Under the pieces are notes generated by a model. That model saw only the letters and a list, made by a program, of their open reading frames with translations, searched no databases and was not told where the DNA came from. The position numbers and the translations under genes are program-made. From the NCBI RefSeq assembly GCF_006345805.1, contig NC_043000.1, positions 54,126,001 through 54,190,000 on the forward strand: a stretch of 64,000 nt of DNA. Direction: 5' to 3'. The DNA is from Octopus sinensis (taxonomy: Eukaryota). Shown here in pieces: positions 15,206 to 28,750 of this stretch (the stretch's first letter is position 1; each line of letters starts with the position of its first letter).

Positions 15206-16880
15206 TAGGACATGGAATGCACGACATTCTTTGTTTAAAATTCTCTACAATTGCTTCGACACATTTGTGCACCCGTAGTATTACATTGGTGAGATGTATA
15301 ATCATTATCATGCACCCAAGTTGTAAAATATGCCTATTCTAGTGATTGTTTAAATAAGCCCTTCATTAAATTCTACACTTCTTTCGCCTAGTTGTGAGTG
15401 TGTGGGCAGTAACATTACCTAATAACATTTTTGGAATTGTATAAAAAAAGGAGATACAGAATATATGGTAATAAATTAACATTTAGTAGAAGCTGATTCG
15501 AGTGTAGAATGAAGCCAGTTGCTTTTGTCATGAGAGACAGAGGGTAAATTACATCATCCATTGAAACAAAGAAAAAGCTAATAATTTATCACTTCATTAT
15601 CTCTAAATGTTTCTTCGTTCTGTTTTGCAGTTTCATCCTTATAATCTGGCCATGTAATACTAAATAGTGTTCTGATTTATAGTCAACCTGACATCTATTC
15701 GTTCATTTCTTTTCTTTCTTTTTTTAATTTTGTATTTTGATTATAATTTTATTTTGTCTGTCACTATACATATGGGTTCAGTTTTGACCGCAAGCTACCT
15801 AAAATGACACACTACATTTAGTATGCATTCTAACACTAAGTGAAATGATGGTAGGAGCTAACGAATGACTTATTCAGTTGAGGTACATTTTACACCTTGT
15901 ATGCATCTTACTGATTACATACCATCTCACGTGTATAGAAATGTGTCGAAACAATTGTAGTAGTCTCAAATAAAGAATGTCGTTCATTCTATTGCTCGTC
16001 ATTTATCTATTATCTAACTATCTATCACAGCCCGTTTATGTGTGGGTCATTAAAACTTGAGCTAGCAACTGTGATCATCTTTTCTGTAAAACGTATGAAT
16101 TTCGGATATTCTGTAATATAATAATCATATTTTCAATGGGCTTTTTGATCTCAAGTGAGAGAAACTCATCTAATTGTGTGTATATAGGCCTACATATTTC
16201 TGCATTTAAAGTGCATGTAAATCCACATGGGAAAAACGCACTGACTTAAAACCCTCCATTATTTGTGTCCTCTAGTGCTCAGTCGTCTACAAGACTGACG
16301 ATTTTAAACATTGCTTTCAATGCAGGCAAGAATAATAGTTCAATAAATGCCACATGTACAACTTCACGACTTTTTATATATCGTCAGTTTTCCCAATCTT
16401 TTCGATATGTCGCGCGTTGTACTTGATATTTATCCTAAGGACCAAAACCGCCCAATCGGGGGATTGCATCTAGTGTCAATAACGTGGTGAAACAACATAA
16501 ATGCACTCCATTTTCTCAGAAAGATCTAATAACTTCTCTGCTGATGTATCACTCATGGTCATCAAGTACTACAATCGAGTAAAAGCGGGAATATTCTTCC
16601 CCCACCACTCACTTTATGAGAAGTGTTGCATAGTTAAAAAATAGTAAAGAGACACAGAGAAGGAAAATCTCAAATTTAGGATGAAAATGTTGCATACAGT
16701 GCTGTTTACATAGCTGATAATCACTACTTCCCCTATCTGATGATGCTACAGCTTCCACTGGTTTTACTCAATTAGAAGCACCGTTGTCCATCCCATTTCT
16801 TCATAATTTCAGGTTTTATCTGAAATGAAATTGTACATCACAGTGAGCAGTTTCATAATTTAAAAACAGAAATGGTTACG

Positions 16881-17007
16881 TTATGCCTGAAAAAACTTGT
16901 TGCACGAGCCAGATATGAAGCCTTCGATATCCTTCCATGAAATGTCTTTGTGCTTCTTAAGAAAATGAGGCAACCGAGCCAACTGAGTTTCCATTCTTTT
17001 CTCAAAA
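16881..17007 (-). CDS. Candidate terminal exon of an unidentified gene (FEKRMETQLARLPHFLKKHKDISWKDIEGFISGSCNKFFQA*)
   Basis: Acceptor ccctag| followed by an open frame to TAA; all three plus frames are closed here. No family recognised, and a second minus frame is also open. Confidence 0.3.
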
Positions 17008-17988
17008 CTAGGGCATCACGAAATATAGTGAATTTATATATCTAAATGCTAAACTGTGGACCTATTCACTTTCAAGGACTACTCTACGCATGCGTGTGGT
17101 AATTGATTTGTAGCAGCAGAATAAGTTGAACATATTCCATGGAATATGTGTCGTCAAATTCTAACTTTTCCCATGTAATATTTCTCACAGCATATGCCAT
17201 TTACAGAAAACTAATTTGAAAAGGAAATGAATATGCTGGATTTTTCCAAAGTTCTTATTTGGTTCTTAGTTTCTGTTAAAAGAAGTGTGTTGGCTCACTT
17301 CATATTGAAACTTCTCATTTACTACTCTCTCTCTCTCTCTCTGTATATCTATCTGTCTCTCGCACACACACATACACACGCACACACAAACACACACAGC
17401 ACATTCACATATGTATGTACATGACACTTCAAATATTCATGTACTTAATTTTAACCGTTTATATGAAATGCATTCACATGCAATTTCCAGTATTCTCTAT
17501 ATATTAAATGTTTGACTCCATATTCAAGTAAATGGAAAACTTTCAAACACTTATGTAAAACATTAGCCTATTTGTTAACATGCGCGTCTGTGCTTTTCTT
17601 ATTTTGCATATTTTGCGTAAAATTATAAAAGACTTGCTAAAATTAAAGTTATATGTGTATCACTATGAAAAAAGATCCAGTTGAAGGTTTAGCTCTGCTG
17701 TTAACAACTTGCAGCATCAATGGCAATGGAAGGGTTTTCAAATTATCACTTTTGTAGCAGAAAACGGAATAAACGTTCCCCGTGACCTATATGAAGAATG
17801 ATACAGAATAACTATATTTAATATAACATTGCAATTGACAAAAATCAAAAAAAAAAAATTACATATAAAGCACTTTTTCATTTCATGGTAAATTTTCCAG
17901 TGTTTGAAATTAGACTACAAAAAACTATACATACACAGTCACAGCCACACAAAGACACACACAGACAAATACATGTATATGTGTATAT

Positions 17989-18294
17989 CACGTGATCACG
18001 TGACCGACCAGTCCATCAGATGTTGCTACACATCCCTGGCCACAATGCGTTCGCATTGCTTTTAGCCTTCGAATGACGCCACCGCGCTGGCGTAGCGAGC
18101 AGGCTGACAGAAGAAAGAGTGAGAGAAAGAGTGGTGAAAGAGTACAGCAGGGATCACTACCCCCTGCCGGAACCTCGTGGAGCTTTTAGGTGTTTTCGCT
18201 CAATAAACACTCACAATTCCCGGTCTGGGAATCGAAACCGCGATCCTACGACCGTGAGTCCGCTACCCTAACCACTGGGCCATTGCGCCTTCAC
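17989..18294 (-). mobile_element. tRNA-derived SINE, family B, with 12-bp target-site duplication
   Basis: Head gcgcaatggcccagtggttagggtagcggactc...ggtttcgattcc; tail tggtcggtcacgtgatcacgtg. atatgtgtatat flanks both ends (17977-17988, 18295-18306). Confidence 0.9.
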
Positions 18295-19297
18295 ATATGT
18301 GTATATGCAGATATATTATGTTCAAAGAGATGTCAACTTAAACTTTCACATCATCCAAAGCCGGTGCATTGCCATCGAAAGTGGCTATAAATGAAATCCT
18401 AGTGGAGCTGTTATTAAGGTGGTAACGTAGAGAAATACAATTAGACTTCAGATATGTATTAACATGGAGTACAAAAGTGACTATTTAAAAAATAAGAAAA
18501 TATGTTTCAAGATGGCCATAACTTACATAATAGTCATGTTCATGATATGTGCATATTACCATAGGTACGTGACCAACAAGTCTAGATGAAATTGTGAATG
18601 TACGTTAGGCCTTCCTTTTCCAGAGTTGAGTGAGAAGTGCGAGTTGCTTAGTAGCGTTTAGAAAAATAAAGGTTTAAATAGAAGAGAGAGGAGTAGGGTT
18701 TGGGGGAATCGGATGGAAATAGTGAATCAGTGTGGGTAATAAGGGGCAACACGAGATCAACTTACTGCTTGAAAAAGTCTAGATATAAAGAAGGTAAAAT
18801 TAATAATTGACCGAAGTAATGGCGGAAGTCGGCATAATAGTGCTCGTTCTCAGATCATGAAGTAGTAAAAATTAGAAAGGCACCTAACGCAGAGGAGAGG
18901 AAAAATTAATCGTTGTGATTATGGAGAGGAAATAGTACGACAAAAAATTACACTGAGTAAAAAGAACTTTAGCTCAGATGAGAAGTTTTAATTGTTTTAC
19001 CTAATGAGCAAAGGTGCTATAGAATGTTTAGCTGTTACGTGAAGATTACGTCACAGAGCCGATTAAGCAAAGCGGTCTGATTAGGTGTAATATTTTTAGG
19101 AATTCCTGGCAACATAATTTGATAACTCGAAGGTTAGCATTATAGGGGAGATAAAGAATAGAATATGCTCTGGATCTTTGAATGTCACACTAGAGTAGGA
19201 GCTCTGGTGTGCAACTAAAAGTTCCGTGATGTTTATTTACACCTTATATCGACACAAGCTTGGTGGAAACGTGAGGTTGTAACAAGACATCTATATA

Positions 19298-19874
19298 CAG
19301 GGTGATCGGGTTAAGTTTGACAGTTTATATAAAAGGATATACAGTCATGGGCAATGATTTTAGCAAACACTATTTTTTTCTGCTATTTCGTGTGAAATAT
19401 CATGTGAATGTCAATGATTTAATATTCTTTCAACAGGTTGTTATACAATAAGATTTGAAAGAAAACTGTAGAAAATCAATAGATATTGCAAATAATCATC
19501 AGTTCTTCTTCATATCATCAATTCTTCTTCATGATTTCCAGTTGGAATCGCATACAAACTAATAATTAATAATATATCAATAATTAATTTATATATTTTG
19601 GGGGCAAAATAAAGCATTTGCCAAAATCCTCAGCCATGACTCTATAATATGTGTGTGTGTAGAGAGAGAGGGGGAGAGAGAGATAGAGAAAGAAATAAAG
19701 AGACAGACAGGCAGACAGAGAGGGTCAGAGAGAAAGAGAGAAAAGAGATAAATTTGATAAATAATTAGATTTAAAGTATATATTGACATGGGGTACAAAA
19801 TACATATCATAAAATAAAGAAAAAAATTTTGCAATGTCTTATTTCCTCAGTTATTGCAAGACTGTCCGAACTTA
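19298..19874. mobile_element. Decayed mariner-type non-autonomous element
   Basis: TA|cagggtgatcgggttaagtttgacagt at the left end; partial inverted copy actgtccgaactta at 19861. The outer right TIR is lost. Confidence 0.35.
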
Positions 19875-20118
19875 GGTAGTAAACATATTCAAAATGACTA
19901 TACCTCTAAGGATTCTAATGATGTTCTATCCAGTGACAATGCTTCGACCGCGAAATAAATACTATGCAAGGCAGATAGTATCTCTCAGAATGTTCTGGCT
20001 AAATTTGAAGATGTTTGTGTCTCCATTATTACATTTTTTTTCAAGAACGGCTTAATGTAGTCCTGAACTGTTAACGGCGTTGGAAAATACAAAGAATAGA
20101 GTTGTATTTGAGTAAATA

Positions 20119-20388
20119 TTAGTTGACAAGGAGAACTGGAATCCATTTGAATTTTGGAAAAGAGTTACATGTATCGTGATAGTTCTCGACGGGTGTCAAA
20201 ATGCCGTCATCATGAGAGCTGCTCAATGCTCTGTAAACATAATCAAGAATGTACAGAGCGACATGAACAGCTGCAACGGAAGCTATAAAGCAATGGCCTG
20301 TAAGAAGAGGCACAGTTGGTATTCTGTCTGCGCCCGCATGCCGCAATTCATTCAGCAACTGATGAACATAATTTAGATGGCCGTAATC
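20119..20388. CDS. Candidate coding exon, strand unresolved
   Basis: GC-elevated island open in register on both strands. Minus: caatag|DYGHLNYVHQLLNELRHAGADRIPTVPLLTGHCFIASVAAVHVALYILDYVYRALSSSHDDGILTPVENYHDT..., with G-rich first codon positions. Plus: a phase 1-1 exon 20183-20299 (LDGCQNAVIMRAAQCSVNIIKNVQSDMNSCNGSYKAMA) ending at a strong gtaaga donor. Confidence 0.4.
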
Positions 20389-20480
20389 CTATTGAGTTCA
20401 TAAATACATAAAACCATACATATATACATACATGCATATATAAATATATACACAAACGCACACACATATATCTATATATA

Positions 20481-20642
20481 GGCGCAGGAGTGGTTGGGTG
20501 AGAAGTAGTTTGTTTACCAACCAAATGGCTCCGGGTTCAGTCCCACTGCCTGGCAACTTGGGCAAGTGTCCTCTACTATAGCCTCGGGCAGACCAAAGCT
20601 TTGCGAGTGGATATGGCAGACAGATACTGAAAGAAACCCGTC

Positions 20643-20697
<55 letters not shown>

Positions 20698-20765
20698 CTC
20701 GACTAAAGGCGGTGCTCCAGCATGCCCGCAGTCAAATGACTGAAGCAAATAAAAATAAAAGAATA
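20481..20765 (+). mobile_element. SINE family A with internal deletion at the (TA)n tract
   Basis: Head ggcgcaggagtgg...gggttcagtccc, then (TA)n, then tail ctcgactaaaggcggtgctccagcatg...aaataaaaataaaag. Confidence 0.85.
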
Positions 20766-22294
20766 TATATATATATGTACCCGCTCGCTCACAATTATAC
20801 ACACATATATTCATACATATAAATATTATATATATATGTTTATGCGTGTATATATCTATATCTACATATATACACACACACGTGCATACATGCATGCGTA
20901 TATACGCACCACAGAAACATATTACTCATAACAACAGCTGACGTAGCAAGGACAGTAATGCGAAATGTTTTCGAAGATTATTCACATCACCTATTCAAAT
21001 TTAATATTTCCGGAAATGATGTGTTATAAAATTGTCGTAAATATTTCGAAGTTAAAACGAAAGTAGTAACTTTCGTTTAAGTAATGAATTTGATTGAATC
21101 GTCTACAAATATTAAAAGAACTCCATTTAGTGCAATGATATATACCTTGTTGTACAAATGATGGTAATACAAAAAAGAAGACTTTGAATATAAAATCGAG
21201 CAAGATATTAAAATAAATAAAGTTTTACAACGTAGCTACTCCCCAAACTGTTCGCTTCTGCAAGTCAAATACCCCAGAAAATGTATGTACACTAAATGCA
21301 TTTGTTAGCACCTGTACAAACAGAAGCCAAGCTGGTATTTAAATCAACAGAGCAATAAAGCTGCTGATATAAAGGTAAAACTGCAATATTATGCGCATAT
21401 GAACTTACGTGCAAAATCATTTATTTATTCCTGAAAGCGGTATTCAATACAGCGTAAGGTATGCTTTTTAAATCATGAAATGTTGCAAAGTTCACAGACA
21501 ACAGGTGAACGTATGCAGTTGCAAAAAGTATCTAAGGGACGGTAAAAGGCCACCAGTAAGTATCCACGACGATGGGAATAGAATTTACGTGTATGATTTC
21601 AGTTAAGATAGAAAAACAGCGCAATCAACAGGGAACTAGAAGCGCACTGTGACCAGCGGGTACAACAATATCTGATAATCTGGTCGACACAGCGATAACA
21701 GAGAGAAATAGGTTTGTACATATGTATGGATTTTTCTATGTATCTCATGTATTATGTATCAGTGTATATATACATCAATGTACAAACACGCACACACACA
21801 CATACGCATGTATATATATATATATGCATACACATACATATAAACACACGTATACGTATACACGGGCTCACAAACATGCATATATATATACATATATATA
21901 TACATATATAGTATAAGCGTGGGTGTGTATATGAGTGTGTATGTGTGTGTTTGCATGTGTGTGGGTGTATGTGTGTGTGTGTGTATGTGTGTGTATTCAA
22001 CATTTGCAAACGTGTTTCACGTGATCACGGACTTATTTTTGAGGAACAAGAAAAAATTTCCTGAAATATGTATTTGATCATTTAACCATTGATGTCATGA
22101 GTTCAGTTTGGTGCACAAATTCTACTGTGGATATTCGATTTAACTCGCTACTTCCCTGCTTTCCTTTCTTCTTCAAAGATGACGAAGCTGACCTTAAATG
22201 CATGTATGGACATGAAAGAAACATCCGTTGTGTATGGGGCAAAATAAAACTGTATCCACTAGAGATCGTTTGTGCAATGATTAAATTTTGTTTA

Positions 22295-23019
<725 letters not shown>

Positions 23020-23255
23020 TAAGCATTCACATATTTAATGTCATCTGGATAATAAGTTTATAATGTGCATTTGAAAACTCCCCTATGGCCACTGGTTACC
23101 ATAAGCTATCATACAGCAGGAATACTCCTTTTATTGGATGTACACGTAGAAATACGTTGGTGTACGCAGAATTCATACAGAAACGTATATAAAATAATAA
23201 ACGAGATTGAACAAACATATTGTGTAAAAATGTACTATGTGTATATCAGTGATTG

Positions 23256-23327
<72 letters not shown>

Positions 23328-23556
23328 TGTATGCGTGTGTGTGTGTGTATGTAAATATATATGTATGTATATACAAGTGTGTGTATATATGTGTGTGTAT
23401 AAAAAAGAAAAGAAAAACGAAAATGGAGATTAGGAAGTTAAGTGTTTATTATTAACAGCGAATAGGTCTCCTTCGCTTCCAGCCGTTTCAATTCAAGCTC
23501 AATAATCATTAAATTTACATTAATGTGACATGAGTACAATATCATCAGAAGTAAAT

Positions 23557-23828
23557 AGACATATATTTGGATGTTATACGTGTGCATATGAATTCATTTC
23601 AGCAGACTGGATGCTATGTTTTATGATTTGTATTGTTATATTCTCAGGCGAGGTGTTTACATGTTGATTACAGATAAAGTAGAATGGATAAATTTATCCA
23701 TTCTACTTTATCTCTAATCAACCTGTAAACCCCTCGCCCGAACACATAACAATACAAATCATAAAACATAACATCCAGTCTTCTATAATGAATTCATATG
23801 CACAAATATAACATCCAAACGTATGTCT
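23557..23828. repeat. 272-bp loop-less imperfect palindrome
   Basis: 136-bp arms align without indels and with 15 mismatches; centre ggataaa|tttatcc at 23692/23693. Confidence 0.95.
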
Positions 23829-23859
23829 CAGACAGATAGCTAAATAGATAGATAGATGT

Positions 23860-24362
23860 GTTTCTTTATTAGCCACACAGGGCTGCACACAGATAGAACA
23901 AATTACAAGGTAGAGCTTTTCTTTTGAAGGTTTAAAAAAAAAAAAGAATAAAGGAAGGGGGAGTTTCGATCAAAAGGGATCGTAAAAGGAGAGAAACAGG
24001 ACAAAAAAAAGGGGGGTTAAAAAAAGGGGGAGAGGGAAAAAAAAAATTGATCAATAGGGATCGTTATCACAGAAATGTCAATATGAAGTGTAAAGGGGAG
24101 GACAGGTGAGGTTTACCCGTGGAAAGAAAAGCCTACGGAAAAGACCACGGTAACCTCGGTCAATGAAGTCACATTTTATATTTCTTTTTTTTTTTTTTTT
24201 TGCAAATAAGCAACTCTCTGTTTTCGATTTCTGGGTTCATAGGACTATGCTCAAGGTGGCTTCGTCATTCATACGTGCCATTCTTGCTACATTCACCCAT
24301 CTTTTTTTAAAACATTCGCTAGACAAAACTTGCCTCTCTACTCTCACTTTCCTTTTCAAGTG
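23860..24362 (-). mobile_element. L1/Tx1-like LINE 3' end
   Basis: Minus frame LKRKVRVERQVLSSECFKKRWVNVARMARMNDEATLSIVL*, then a T-rich 3' UTR and aataaa near 23866, abutting (AGAT)n. Clade assignment is from recalled resemblance. Confidence 0.6.
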
Positions 24363-24366
24363 GTAC

Positions 24367-24450
<84 letters not shown>

Positions 24451-25769
24451 GCAGAGAGATGGATAGATCCGACGGGATTTTTTCAGTTTCCGAGAATTAA
24501 GTCCCCTGTAAAGGCTTTGGTCGGTCCGAGATTACAGTAGGAGACGCTTTCCTAAGTTGCCAAGCAGGGGAGCTGGTACGGGAACCTTCGCCTGATTGGT
24601 AGCAAGTGATTTTATTTTCTTGTATGAGTTGAAGTAATATTTTAATATTACTGTTAATCTCATATACATTCGTAATTTCATTATAATATAAAATATTTTC
24701 TTTTAAATGTAAAAAATTGTTATGTCCTTCAAACACTGTTATAGTTTACTCATTGTTGTCCCGTTAATGAGTAGAATCAGTATTTTCTATTCGAAAGTTT
24801 TAAGTCCCTTATTTTGGGATGGTCATTTTAGAGTTTTAAACACGAAAGTTTTCTTTCTCAGATCAGTATCAAACTTCTCGAAAAGAAATCAGCACACTGT
24901 TACTATAAAATCCTCTTTTTCTTGAAATTGATTTTGTATAAATTTTCTTAAACCTATGCCGATCTTCTGTCATATATCCAGCGAATGAAGATTTGTATTC
25001 GGCTGATTTACACTGTATTTTGAATAAAAGAATCCAAGAATAATATAGGATCGAAATTCACAACAGATTTAGAAAAGAAATGGTATGAAGGAAGCAATAC
25101 TTAAAAGAAAGAAATTTCCAAATAATACCTGAGATTTTGCTTTTGTTACTTAACTCCTTATCTCCTCTGACTGACCATTATTGAGAATATTTTTAATTCT
25201 AAGAACATCTAAATTTATTTCATATCTAGATGACTTTATCATTGACCAATGTTTCCCACTCTTTTAAAAGATGGAGAGCTAATTCAAATGACCATTCCGA
25301 AATATAACAATAATTCAAATGAGATTTTTAACATCTTATGTGACCGCCTTCAGGCTATCATCTACAATGTTTAAACGTTTGTACGTGTACGCATATGCGT
25401 GTGCATTAATATAAGCATAATTCTTCGTAGTAATTGAGTAGATTTTATTTGTGCGTTAATAATTATGTTGGATTTGAAGTGACTGAACACTGTATTCAAT
25501 ATGTTTGAGTTTCTTTTTAGTGTTCCATGATTTTAAATGTGTGTGTATGTGTATGTATAAATATGTATATATTTGTAATGATGGCTTGTCAGCATCATCA
25601 GACCACTAGGAATACCTTGTGGAATTTCTAGTGCTTTGCATTATCATTTTAAATGCTGCTGAGGTCAATTGGCCTCTTACACCTAGTAACGTACAAGCTC
25701 AGTAGTAATATAGAAACTTTCGACGAATCTACCTACCTTGAACGTACAACAGAAATTGTTGTGGTTCTT

Positions 25770-25796
25770 CTTCTTCATCTTCTTCTCCTTATTATT

Positions 25797-25846
<50 letters not shown>

Positions 25847-25897
25847 TACCATTACCATTATTATTATTATTATTATTATATTATTATTATTATTATT

Positions 25898-25932
<35 letters not shown>

Positions 25933-25937
25933 TATTA
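25770..25937. repeat. Compound trinucleotide microsatellite (CTT/ATT/ATC/ACC)
   Basis: Direct reading. It explains the poly-I/S/H/Y/M/D ORFs. Confidence 0.95.
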
Positions 25938-26247
25938 TAAGAGCGCGGGCTACTAACTCCAAGATTCCGAGTTCGATTCCAGGCAGTGACCAGAATAATT
26001 ATAACAACAACAACAGCAACAACAGCAACAACAACAACAACAATAATAATAATAACATCAAAAAATACCTTAGGAATGAGAAGCCAGGTTCTAGATTTCC
26101 CCAAGACACCTGATGAAGGCTCGAAGGTATATCAGCCGAAACGTTGGGTTAACAACAAATAAGATGAGGACAAATATCCATCAATTGTAAATAATGTAAA
26201 TAATGTAACTAATGTACATAATTCCTCATCTCTTAAATATAGAACTG
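25938..26247 (+). mobile_element. SINE-like element: 5'-clipped tRNA-like head, (AAC/AAT)n linker, hammerhead-containing tail
   Basis: taagagcgcgggctactaactccaagattccgagttcgattcc (B box gttcgattc at 25971), a simple-repeat linker, then ggaatgagaa...HHR...cctcatctcttaaatatagaactg. Confidence 0.7.
26105..26150 (+). ncRNA. Minimal type-I hammerhead ribozyme with canonical core
   Basis: gacac-CTGATGA-a-ggct(loop)agcc-GAAA-cg-T-T-gggtt. Stem II is 4 bp, stem III is the palindrome acgt, stem I has one mismatch. Predicted cleavage after 26145. Confidence 0.75.
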
Positions 26248-26249
26248 AA

Positions 26250-26635
26250 TTACAATTTTGTTTTTAAATTTTGAGATTTCATAGACAGTATTATACGTAG
26301 GATATGGACAGTTCCCATAAGCACTATTTTTTAAATGTCTGCCATTTTTGGATTTCCTGATAGCAATCAGCCCCATTTTGCTATCATTCCTAAGACACCT
26401 ATACCAACAAGTCTTGACGTTCCACATTTTGCCAATTTCTATTTCAAGATTTTATACTTGCTCAGTTTTTGGCAGGACTTTACAGATATATTTATGTCGA
26501 TTGAGACAGTCATATCGATGAGGAGACATGATCTTTGTCTGACGTCCTTCAATATTATGTCTGGCCTATTCGCGTTTATATTTCTGTCGGTTTGAACGGT
26601 GAGGTGCCAGAGAAGTGAGCTACAAAGAGACACAA
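26250..26635 (-). mobile_element. R4/Dong-type non-LTR retrotransposon 3' fragment (restriction-like endonuclease region)
   Basis: LLWHLTVQTDRNINANRPDIILKDVRQRSCLLIDMTVSIDINISVKSCQKLSKYK...IEIGKMWNVKT: PD..D/E-type RLE motif and KxxKY. Its 5' break lies in (AAT)n. Confidence 0.8.
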
Positions 26636-26640
26636 TATAT

Positions 26641-26647
26641 GTTATTA

Positions 26648-26702
<55 letters not shown>

Positions 26703-26720
26703 TTATTATTATTATTATTA

Positions 26721-26752
<32 letters not shown>
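26641..26752. repeat. (ATT)n(GTT)n microsatellite
   Basis: Direct reading. Confidence 0.95.
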
Positions 26753-27163
26753 ATCTATTGATGTAGCTGTTACCTCATAATTTCATACTCTTCTCATTAA
26801 GCGTATCTCAAGTTTGCTACTAGATATTTCAGCACAGGTAGTAAATTTTTTAAGTTAAAATGTAAGCACAGAATAGTTGAGAAGAAGCCATCTGAAGTTA
26901 TGCAGTTTGCATATCTCCCTGATATAGCTAGTGTCAAAGCCTAAACTACGTCAATTTTAAGATGTGGGGTTCATGTTAAGAATCAGCAAAGTAAGCATCG
27001 TTATCTCAGATAATTAAATATATAAATCAATATGTAATTCAAATAATTATCACTGAAACTTGAAGGTTGATATGTATTTGAGACTTGAAACAAATTAACA
27101 AAAATCCTTTTAAAAAGATTAATTTAACAAGACCAAAAAACTTATCGGTTCTTATATGCATAG

Positions 27164-27250
27164 TTTGAGTTAATGAGGGAGGCTCTGCATCGTCGTTCAG
27201 CTACTAAACATATAATACCCTTCAGAAGTGGGATTGACTCAATACATTTT
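27164..27250 (+). CDS. Candidate internal exon (FELMREALHRRSATKHIIPFRSGIDSIHF)
   Basis: ttcttatatgcatag| then 87 nt open (phase 0-0) then |gtaaga. The in-register antisense ORF (27142-27378) also has a good acceptor, so the strand is not certain. Confidence 0.3.
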
Positions 27251-27932
27251 GTAAGATTGTAATATTCGCAAATTATCCTGGCCAATGGGATGGGAACTAT
27301 TCTATCAATCTTCATATATAAAGCAAATAAGACGTGCCTATAGTTTCCTTCATATATAAAACAATGTGACCTGAACAAAAAACCGAAACATAAAAATGCT
27401 GGTTATGCATAGAAAGTCGGCAATACAGATGAAGCGTGAAGGGCCCTAAAAACTTCAATTGTTATTCAGGAATGTTTTTGACGTAGCCATCTACAATGAA
27501 TAATTTTATGTATTACATTTACATTTAAAGTAGGCAGCCTGCGAACATTACAACGTAAGGTTGCTATAAATACAAACGGGCAAACCAATAGTATGAAAAT
27601 ATGATATGACAAAATCTCCTCAGTTAACATACATCAAATACTGGGTGCAAGATAGGTCCGTTGCTGGAATATGTTATTTCGTAAGCTGGTCAGTCTAACG
27701 GGATTTGAGAATTGCGTTGGCAGAATGGAAATATGAAAACAACAAAAGATGATATACTTCATGAAGAGATATTTGGCAAGCATGTCATTTTGCTTTTCTC
27801 ATGATAACATATCAACCACTAAGCACTCATACATCTACATATCCACATGTACACACACACGCACAAACGCACTCGCAGAAGCACACGCATTCATATATAT
27901 ATATATATATGTATGTGCATATATATGTATGT

Positions 27933-27965
<33 letters not shown>

Positions 27966-28420
27966 AATATATACGTATAGGTTTATATATAAAATGTATG
28001 TATATATGTGTGTGTATATACATGTAATGTGTATATCTATGTAGGTATAGTGCAACTCTTGAAGGCACAAGACTGTTTCAGATTACCAACTGTTTTGGTG
28101 TTCAAACGTTCAGTTTGTGTTACATTTCTCTAAGCCTATTTCAAATATTGTTTTGCGCAAATTTTGCAGATTCGAAGGTGTTTGTTGAAATATGTTACTG
28201 GAAAATAAGAGAATTTGTTTTCTTGATGATTCAAATGTTTACTATGCATCAAGTTTTAATTAGTCTATCTATAACAACTATACATTCGTTTGAAGTGTCT
28301 TTTTGTAGTTGATGATGCAACATGCATACCTAGAGTTTTAAAAAGTCTGTGTCCCAAAAAGAAAGACAATGTGTTTATATGTATATATTTACACACACAC
28401 AGCGCTCAAACACACATAGG

Positions 28421-28459
<39 letters not shown>

Positions 28460-28460
<1 letters not shown>

Positions 28461-28682
28461 CTCCCAGTCATTCAAAATGTGACCGCGTGTGTACCATTGG
28501 CGATTTTTTTCCTCTATCTTCCCTTCTCTAGATCTTTCCTTCTCCTATGTTTCCGACGAAGAGCTCCGCTCGAAACGTTAAACCCTTCTTCTTTCATTCT
28601 TTCCTGAGCGTCCAATAATACTATATTTGTTCCATGTCCTCGCGTTGTTGTGTTTTTTTGTCCTTTCTTGTTTGGATTAACT
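28460..28682 (+). mobile_element. About 220-bp (TA)n-flanked Penelope-pLTR/retrozyme-like element with HHR
   Basis: Bounded by (TA)n on both sides, pyrimidine-rich, with an HHR motif in the middle. Confidence 0.6.
28549..28583 (+). ncRNA. Minimal type-I hammerhead motif with a U4C change (probably inactive copy)
   Basis: gttt-CCGACGA-a-gagc(tcc)gctc-GAAA-cg-T-T-aaac: stems I and II perfect, palindromic stem III. Confidence 0.7.
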
Positions 28683-28683
28683 T

Positions 28684-28750
<67 letters not shown>

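Noticed and set aside
25653-26104. Poly-Ile/Ser/His/Tyr/Met/Asp ORFs that look like low-complexity proteins
   Set aside because: They are a compound trinucleotide microsatellite plus SINE sequence, open in several frames on both strands.
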